Both the position numbers and the translations under genes were made by a program. From contig JBHHZZ010000004.1 of the NCBI GenBank assembly GCA_046758325.1, positions 18,035 through 82,034 on the forward strand: 64,000 nt of DNA, in the 5' to 3' direction. The first letter of the stretch is position 1. The number at the start of each line of letters is the position of its first letter. Positions 57,317 to 64,000 of the stretch are shown here, piece by piece. The notes beneath the pieces are model-generated. The model made no database searches, had not been told where the DNA came from, and saw only the letters and a list, made by a program, of their open reading frames with translations. This DNA comes from Thermoplasmata archaeon (GTDB lineage Archaea; Thermoplasmatota; Thermoplasmata; RBG-16-68-12; JAJISG01).

Positions 57317-58288
57317 ATGACTCTAGAATGGGTCCAGCGATGGTACAGGAAAAGCGGTGATCCCGAGCTGAGGACGGTACTAGAGGTTCAATCTGCCGTC
57401 TGTACCTTCATCCGAGACTACCTCGCCTCCCATCGTTTCCTTGAGATGCTCCCTCCGATCATAGGCCCAGTGACCGACCCTGGGATCAGAGGTGCCAGAC
57501 AGGCCACGATAGATTTCTACGGAAGGGACTACAAGGTGATGAGCAGCGCCATTCTCTACAAGCAGATGATGGCGAACTCCTTGGGCAAGGTCTTCTTCTT
57601 CTCTCCCAACGTCAGGCTTGAACCTCTCGAGACCGTGCGGACGAAGAGGCATCTGGTGGAGTTCTTTCAAGTAGACATAGAGCAAGCTTCTGCCTCCTAT
57701 GAGGATGCAATGAGGCTGGCAGAGGGCCTGGTGGTCCACGTCTTGAAGGCCATCAAGAGGGAGAAGGCAGAGGAGATTGATGCCCTCGGAAGGCCTCTGC
57801 GCGTTCCGTCCAGACCATTCAAGAAACTGACGCATCGAGAGGCGGTCGACATCCTACGATCCGATGGCAGGGAGGCTGACCCCTCTCAGGAGATTTCCTG
57901 GGAGGACGAGGAATTTCTCTCACAGATGTTTGAGGAACCCTTCTTCATCCATGACTATCCGATGGGCTCCCGAGGCTTCTACGACAGGGAAGACGCAGCC
58001 CGTCCTGGAATCCTGAGAGACTTCGACCTCCTCTACCCCGAGGGCTATGGGGAGGCGGTCTCGGGGGCGGAGAGGGAGCATGATTATGAGCGAGTCCGAG
58101 TTCGGATGCTCGCCATCGGTGAGGACCCATCGGCCTATGGGTGGTACATGGATATGCTGAAGGATGGCATCTCGCCATCCGCTGGTTTCGGAATTGGTGT
58201 TGAGAGGCTCACGAGGTTTATTTGCGGCCTGGATGCTGTGTGGGAGGCAAGACCCTATCCCAAGGTTGCAGGCGTGGTGTCTCCCTGA
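57317..58288 (+). CDS. Archaeal asparagine synthetase A (AsnRS catalytic-domain paralog)
   Basis: Class II aaRS motifs without anticodon domain: TDPG, SPNVRLE, RHL.EF, GE.VSGAERE, SAGFGIGVERL. Confidence 0.88.
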   Translation: MTLEWVQRWYRKSGDPELRTVLEVQSAVCTFIRDYLASHRFLEMLPPIIGPVTDPGIRGARQATIDFYGRDYKVMSSAILYKQMMANSLGKVFFFSPNVRLEPLETVRTKRHLVEFFQVDIEQASASYEDAMRLAEGLVVHVLKAIKREKAEEIDALGRPLRVPSRPFKKLTHREAVDILRSDGREADPSQEISWEDEEFLSQMFEEPFFIHDYPMGSRGFYDREDAARPGILRDFDLLYPEGYGEAVSGAEREHDYERVRVRMLAIGEDPSAYGWYMDMLKDGISPSAGFGIGVERLTRFICGLDAVWEARPYPKVAGVVSP

Positions 58289-58453
58289 ACGGTTTCGGCG
58301 TGGTGACTTGCCTTTCAGGGTGAAGACGGGGATGCCTCCCGCTTCCGCTTTCTGTCTCTAATAAGGGCGCTCGTCGTGTACCGGGAAGTTTGATATACGA
58401 CACGGCCGAATATCTCCCGAGCGGAGGGCATCGAGGAGAGAGGAGGTGAGCGA

Positions 58454-58921
58454 TTGGTTTACACACAACCGCCTTATCTGACAGATGAAGAGATGGAATC
58501 TTTCCTTAAAGAGGCCAACACCGCAAGGTTTTGCAGTCTCAACCCGGACGGGACCATCCATGCTGTTCCCGTCAGCTACAAATACGAAAAAGGGCGCATC
58601 CTCATCGTAACGCCTGCAGCTAGCCGCAAGGCGAGAAACGTGAAACGCAACAGGAACGTTACCGTCCTGGTCGACGTCAGCGGAAAGAGGATATCTGATT
58701 TCAAGGGCGCCATCATCTATGGCAAGGCGGATGTGAAGGAGGGGACGTTATCGGAAATGATGTCAGTGGGCGAGGTGTGGATGCCGGGCGACAAGGTGGA
58801 AGCCTGGAGTAAGGGCCTGATGGCGCTAACCAAATGGGTGACGATAAGCGTCGAACCAGAACGTAGAGCCTCGTTCGACTACGCGAAAGACAAGGAGTTC
58901 GTAGCCGCTCTCCAAGGATAG
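58454..58921 (+). CDS. Pyridoxamine 5'-phosphate oxidase-like (split barrel flavin-binding) protein
   Basis: NPDG.IH.VPV, SRKARN..RN..V.V.VD; GGAGGTGA SD before TTG. Confidence 0.85.
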   Translation: MVYTQPPYLTDEEMESFLKEANTARFCSLNPDGTIHAVPVSYKYEKGRILIVTPAASRKARNVKRNRNVTVLVDVSGKRISDFKGAIIYGKADVKEGTLSEMMSVGEVWMPGDKVEAWSKGLMALTKWVTISVEPERRASFDYAKDKEFVAALQG

Positions 58922-59439
58922 TACGTCCCGCGACATATTACCTCTGCATCGAGATTAGTCACTGCAGGTTCGTTTAGTACCTCCGCTGCGTTAGGATTCG
59001 TGTAGAGTGGGTGAGGCCGCAAGGCAGCTGGCCAGATATGCCGATGTAGAAATTGGCGGTCGGGATATGACCGTCCTGATTGCCATAAGAGGACTTGGAC
59101 GAATCGTCCCGCAACCCACTACGAAGGTCTCAGGCCTGTGAAGTGTCGGGTGGAGGATCCGCCATAGAATCCAAGAACGGTAGCGGCCAGGTGACGGCCG
59201 TAAGCCTCCTTCCGTGCTCCACAGGCCGCCCTCACCGAAGGTCCCGATGAACCTCACTTCTTCGCGTTCGCTTCGGATGCTCCTTCCTCGAGCTTCTCCT
59301 TGATACCCTCTTCCACGGCGGGGCCGACGCACTCAGTCTACTTCTGGCGTAACGGTTCAGGGCACTGCCAAGGGCGGCGTCAGCGTTCGACGAGGGTCTC
59401 AGCCTCCACCCGGTCTTGTCTTCGGCTAGATCCGACGTC

Positions 59440-60375
59440 TCACACCGTGATGACGACCTTTCCTTGGGCGTGTCCTTCTTCGAGATACCGGAGCGCTTCA
59501 GCGACCTCACTCAATGGGTAACGTCTATCGATGACAGGGGTTACTTTGCCGGTCTCCAGAAGCTCTTTCAAGAAACCCAGGTCCTCTCGGTTTGATTTCG
59601 TGAGCATCGAAACCATCCTCTTCCTCCCGGTCATCGCAATCCACAGTGCACGACCCAGCGACCCTGCGACTGCGACATAAATCCCGTTGGCGTGCAATGC
59701 GCGCCTGCAATCTGACAACGAATGATTCCCCACGGCGTCCAGAATCAGGTCATAACGCCCGCCAGTTTGAGTGAAATCCTCTTCGCTGTAATCAATGACG
59801 CGGTCTGCGCCAATCGAACGCACCATGTCCAGATTCCTCGTGCTGCACACGCCGGTCACTTCGGCCTCGAACGATTTGGCGATCTGGACGGCAAACGTCC
59901 CCACACCGCCGGACGCACCGTTAATCAAGACCTTGTGGCCTGGCTGAATCTGTCCCTTGTCGCGAAGACCCTGCAGGGCGGTGAGCGCCGCCACGGGCAC
60001 GGCCGCCGCCTCCTCGTAAGTCAGGTTGGCCGGTTTCAGAACTACTCCATCTTCGGGGACACACAGATACTCGGCAAAGGCCCCCGATTTCATCCCGAAT
60101 ATCTCATCACTTGGTTGAAACTGCGTGACCTTTCCGCCGACCGCTTCAACCCTCCCCGCCACGTCAACTCCCAGTATCTTGCGTTTTGGTTTGACCAACC
60201 CCGCCCATATCCGCACCACCAACGGTGTGCCTCTCAGGAAATGCCAGTCTAACGGATTTGCGGAAGCCGCGTGAACTCGTACCAGCACTTCACCATCCGT
60301 GACGGTCGGCTTGTCTACCTCTTGGAGTTCGAGAACATCGGGAGATCCATATTTCTGGTAGACCATTGCCTTCAT
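59440..60375 (-). CDS. NAD(P)-dependent quinone oxidoreductase-like MDR protein
   Basis: YGSPDVL, NPLDW, GAFAEY, NGASGGVG.FAVQ, GHAQGKVV. Confidence 0.92.
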   Translation of the reverse strand: MKAMVYQKYGSPDVLELQEVDKPTVTDGEVLVRVHAASANPLDWHFLRGTPLVVRIWAGLVKPKRKILGVDVAGRVEAVGGKVTQFQPSDEIFGMKSGAFAEYLCVPEDGVVLKPANLTYEEAAAVPVAALTALQGLRDKGQIQPGHKVLINGASGGVGTFAVQIAKSFEAEVTGVCSTRNLDMVRSIGADRVIDYSEEDFTQTGGRYDLILDAVGNHSLSDCRRALHANGIYVAVAGSLGRALWIAMTGRKRMVSMLTKSNREDLGFLKELLETGKVTPVIDRRYPLSEVAEALRYLEEGHAQGKVVITV

Positions 60376-60643
60376 CGTGACCTCCTGGTCAGTGAGGTCG
60401 GTGGCGCCATCTGATCCATGTCTCGTTGGCCCAGAAGGCCGACGAACAATAAGAGGATTATGTGCCAGGTGACGGCCGCGAGCCCCCCTACTTCTCCTAA
60501 GCTCTTCCCTAGCCTGCTTCTGATGAACCCCGCTTGTCGGTGGAATGATGGGACCAGACGGGCGGTGTCAAGACGCATATGAAACCTACGGAAGGCCGCC
60601 TCACGTTGACAACCGTGCGCTATTGCTTCCGCTCACTTCTCCC

Positions 60644-61054
60644 TCATTTCAGCCCCAGCTGTTTGAAGAGGGAACCCGTGTCGAAGTACCGGTGTTCCTC
60701 AACGATGAGGCCTTCGGGGTTGATCCGGAGGAAACTGGCACCGCGCAGCCTGAAGGAGCGATCTGTCGGCGGAATCGTTCCCTCTGCCCCCACGAGCTCG
60801 CCCGTGTGCTTCCCGCTGTATTCCCACTCCACTGCGCCGGTATCCCCGCTGGTAACAACTGAGAGTGTCTTCAGGGAGACCCCCGAAAATGCGGTGAACA
60901 GAGCTCCCTCGTACTGCTTGACCGCTTGCCGTCCCTCCACCCTCGCCAGGGCAGTCTGCAACACCGCGTCGGGCGCGTACATGGCAGCGAATGCGTCCAG
61001 CTCTTCTTCGTTTACTGCGTCCTTCCACTTCCTGATTAAGTCGTTCACGTCCAC
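60644..61054 (-). CDS. SnoaL/ester cyclase (NTF2-like) protein
   Basis: YAPDA, EW...GKHTG, IPPT.R, I.EE..YFD..LFKQLG. Confidence 0.88.
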   Translation of the reverse strand: MDVNDLIRKWKDAVNEEELDAFAAMYAPDAVLQTALARVEGRQAVKQYEGALFTAFSGVSLKTLSVVTSGDTGAVEWEYSGKHTGELVGAEGTIPPTDRSFRLRGASFLRINPEGLIVEEHRYFDTGSLFKQLGLK

Positions 61055-61120
61055 GTTTCTCCCTCCGGGTCAGAGGAATCGTTCAGGACGACATAAGCCT
61101 TTCGAGCGAATCCTACCACC

Positions 61121-63907
61121 TTAGGCTGCGTGTATGCTCTCGAGAAAGCTAGAGCATCCCCGCTTCGAGGGGCCAAGAGGCCCTCTGCCCAGCTTCTCTG
61201 ACTCCTGGCGAGCCTTGAGGAAGAGCTGTTCCGCTTCCTCCGTTTTCCCCATCGTCGCAAGGAAACGACCGTAGTCGAGGAGGAAGTCTCCGTTTATCAT
61301 CCCTGACCGTGAGGCAGGGAGGCGATCGAAGGCGCGGCCGTAGCTGGCCTCGGCCTCGGAAGTCTTGCCCAGGTAAGTTTGAAGGGCTGCCTTGGCCCAC
61401 TCAATGACGTGCCCCTGCTCGATCAAGGGGGACGCTTGAGATAGGTCTTCAGCTTCCTGCAGATACCTCTCGGCAGAAGTCGCGTCGCCGCAGACGACGC
61501 ACAGGCGCACCATCCATCCGAGGTTGTGGATTCTCTCGGGGACGCTGTACTCTATGGTTGCCTTCATGTTGAGAAAGCGTTCCAGTGCCTCCCTGGCCTC
61601 CTCGTAGCGGGATTGATGCCAGTAGAGGTCGGCGAAATGGGCATGAAAGTCGACGAGCAGTAACCGATCGTGGGTCTTCTCGGCCAGTCGGTAGGCCTCT
61701 TGATAGAGCGCCTCCGCTGTGCTGTAGTCGACGAGGCTCTCCAGAGTATACCATGCCTTCTCCCGGAGAAGGTAGGAATGAGCGGAGATCTCTCCCACCT
61801 CTTCCGCGAGAGCTATGGCCTTGTCGATATGTTTCAACGCTTCCCGAGTCTTGCCAGTCTCGAAGGCAATGCGCGCGAGTCCCAGGAGCGCTCCCGCCAG
61901 GAGGTTCGTGTCGCCGAGGCTCTCAGCCACTTTGAGGGCCCGCTGGTACTCGACCCTAGCGAGCGCTAGGTCCAACCGTCCTGGATGTCTTCGATGCAGC
62001 CCCGCTCTTAAGAATGCCAGGTGTCCCTGCAACCTAAGATTGGGCGGCAGGTTGGCCATCCACTCCGTCACGCAATCCACATCTCCAGCCATGCCGTCGA
62101 AGTCGCCCCTGTTCCATGCGATGATGGCCCGTCGCCGCAACAACCAGGCCCCCTCGATGGAAGGATTGGGAGGAAGAAGTGCAAGCCCTCGCTCGATCTC
62201 GCACTCCGCTTCTCGCAAGCGTCCCTGCAGCTGGAGGGCTTCCGCCACCTTCTCTTGGAGTCGCGCCCTCTTCGCGGGCTCCGTGGCCGCCCCTGATGCC
62301 TCACGGTAGGCATTGGCCGCCCGGACCCAGTCCCCCGCGCTCTCTGCGAGCTCTCCCAATCGCTGGAGGGTTGGGACGGTCCGCGATGGGTCGATTTCAA
62401 TCAGTATCGCGTTTTCGAGGAGCGGGATGGCATCGCCGGGATTCCCATCTCGGACTGCTTTCTCAGCCTCTTTCCGGAGCCAGTGAACCGCCTTGCTGAC
62501 CAAGGCGATTCGTCGTTCAGACGCCATGGCCTTCTGAAAGTAGGCCCTCAGGAGGTCATGAGCCACCCAGTTCCCTGTCTCTAACTGCTCGAGAAGCCCC
62601 TTTCTCCTGAGCGAAAAGAGGGTATGGGTTCCTCCTCTCTCCTCCAGCAGCAGACCACGACTCGGGACTGGGACCTCGTACAGGGAGGCTGCCTGTAGGC
62701 ACCTTCTCTCCTCCTCATTTAGGGAAGACTCAATCTCCTCGGTGATGTAGGCCTCCAGAAGGCCCAGCCGCCCTTCTGAGGGTTGTCCTGACCCGGCCCT
62801 CGCAAGAATCTTGAGGAAGAGCGGGCTTCCCCCGGAAGCCCTTGCGAACTCACTAGCCTGAGGCTCGGCTATGCCCTCGTCGGTCAGTAATGCTCGGCTG
62901 CTCTCTTCGTCCAGTCCACCAAGAGAGAACTCGACCACCTTTCCTTCCAGTTCTACGTCCCGGCGGCTGTAGAAGCCAGGAATCGTTCGAGACAAAAGCA
63001 GGACCGAAGTCTCCTGGTGTTGTCTTAGCACGCTGAGGAGAATCGACAGGAAGGCCTGGCACTCCTCAGAGGCTGTGTGGACGTCATCAAGGACCAGGAG
63101 TGCTTTGGCGTCCGGGAGATCTGACGCCAGGATTTCCTCCACCCGGCTCAGGTCCTTCCTGCCTGAGCTGCCGAGATAGCCGCGGAGTCCTGGGCGCCCG
63201 AGAACCCTCAGGAATTCGGCCAGCCGAAACGCGAGACCGAAGGCCGTATCCCAGCGACGAACCCTTCGCCAGTGGAGGGAGCGCTTTCCTCGGAACTCTT
63301 CGCAAATCTTCGAGCCCAGAGTCGTCTTTCCAATGCCGGCGATCCCCGTTACCACCACCAGTGGATGCTGCTCCAAGGCCCTCGTGACCAGCTGCAACTC
63401 CTCCTCCCGGCCATAGAACTGCTCTACTGGTGGAGCTTCCTGTGAGAAGTCAACCAGGCCTAAGGGCGCGGGTTCGACCACTTCGGAGATGTGGCCTGCA
63501 GACTCCAGCTCCGCGAGCAGATCCAGCAGGCTCGTTCCCCGGCGTTCTTCTCTATGGACCCTGAAGAGGGTCGTCTGCAGGACCTTCCCATCGCGTCTCC
63601 AAAAGGGAATCTCCTCGTTCATAAGCGAGCTTCGTAAGGGTCGGATGGTCGATCTCCCTCGGGATGTCAGGAAGTATACTTTGCACCGCTGCTGGCTTCC
63701 CGGGACGTGCGCCTTGCTGACGGCCACTAGTTCCTGTGATATTAACGGGCACACGTACTGGCTCACATGCTTAAGGTGAATACCCACGGCGCGGGCGATG
63801 CCCTTCTGCGTGATGGCAGGGGATGCCACGTAGTCTTCGGGGGTCCCGCGATGCTCGTAGAGATGGAGGAGGATCCTTTCCTTCACTGTAAGTGCTCTCG
63901 TCCTCAC
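61121..63907 (-). CDS. wHTH - STAND ATPase - TPR protein (MalT-like signal-transducing regulator)
   Basis: N-terminal wHTH (TQKGIA..VG, Y.LT..G), FYGREEEL, GIAGIGKT, LLVLDDVH, GSPL, HDLLR, TPR array; TTATAAAT box at 63943-63950 supports GTG 63907. Confidence 0.88.
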   Translation of the reverse strand: MRTRALTVKERILLHLYEHRGTPEDYVASPAITQKGIARAVGIHLKHVSQYVCPLISQELVAVSKAHVPGSQQRCKVYFLTSRGRSTIRPLRSSLMNEEIPFWRRDGKVLQTTLFRVHREERRGTSLLDLLAELESAGHISEVVEPAPLGLVDFSQEAPPVEQFYGREEELQLVTRALEQHPLVVVTGIAGIGKTTLGSKICEEFRGKRSLHWRRVRRWDTAFGLAFRLAEFLRVLGRPGLRGYLGSSGRKDLSRVEEILASDLPDAKALLVLDDVHTASEECQAFLSILLSVLRQHQETSVLLLSRTIPGFYSRRDVELEGKVVEFSLGGLDEESSRALLTDEGIAEPQASEFARASGGSPLFLKILARAGSGQPSEGRLGLLEAYITEEIESSLNEEERRCLQAASLYEVPVPSRGLLLEERGGTHTLFSLRRKGLLEQLETGNWVAHDLLRAYFQKAMASERRIALVSKAVHWLRKEAEKAVRDGNPGDAIPLLENAILIEIDPSRTVPTLQRLGELAESAGDWVRAANAYREASGAATEPAKRARLQEKVAEALQLQGRLREAECEIERGLALLPPNPSIEGAWLLRRRAIIAWNRGDFDGMAGDVDCVTEWMANLPPNLRLQGHLAFLRAGLHRRHPGRLDLALARVEYQRALKVAESLGDTNLLAGALLGLARIAFETGKTREALKHIDKAIALAEEVGEISAHSYLLREKAWYTLESLVDYSTAEALYQEAYRLAEKTHDRLLLVDFHAHFADLYWHQSRYEEAREALERFLNMKATIEYSVPERIHNLGWMVRLCVVCGDATSAERYLQEAEDLSQASPLIEQGHVIEWAKAALQTYLGKTSEAEASYGRAFDRLPASRSGMINGDFLLDYGRFLATMGKTEEAEQLFLKARQESEKLGRGPLGPSKRGCSSFLESIHAA

Positions 63908-64000
63908 CCCGATGCGGCCCCCCTCTCGTGAGTTCGTCGTAGATTTATAACCATTTCCATGATTCTTAAGGCGGGGCATCACGAGGGCCCGTGCCTCCAT

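Noticed and set aside
1-64000. CRISPR array, rRNA, IS/transposase or provirus
   Set aside because: No regularly spaced repeats, rRNA-like tract or transposase/capsid motifs seen by eye

Overview
Archaeal chromosomal window, GC-rich, most consistent with an uncultured Thermoplasmata lineage (inferred from LonB, the archaeal S10-spc r-protein cluster with aIF1/Rpp29/S4e/L32e/L19e, Taw1, AcnX pair, RfcL, and TATA/GGTGA-type signals). It is mostly housekeeping: a large ribosomal protein-secY operon (10.8-24.8 kb), IleRS, an intron-containing tRNA-His, phosphomevalonate dehydratase subunits, PdxS, Nog1, RfcL, a trehalose cluster, a compact non-phosphorylative Entner-Doudoroff cluster and a terminal wHTH-STAND-TPR gene. 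Several things stand out. (1) The same SAP-like module is fused to the N-termini of both uL4 and eL32. (2) Three tandem Rab-like small GTPases lie divergent from the r-protein operon. (3) Several conserved genes appear to start at near-cognate codons (ACG for uS17 and AcnX-large; ATC/GTA for a PRC-barrel gene; possibly Rpp29). (4) A serine recombinase sits beside a Zn-finger/recombinase-domain partner, with no visible mobile element. (5) Also present are a T-loop (59/60) BHB tRNA intron, a structured r-operon leader, an AcnX-small/NUDIX fusion and two unannotated Cys-rich microproteins. All family calls come from motif recognition by eye; no searches were run.
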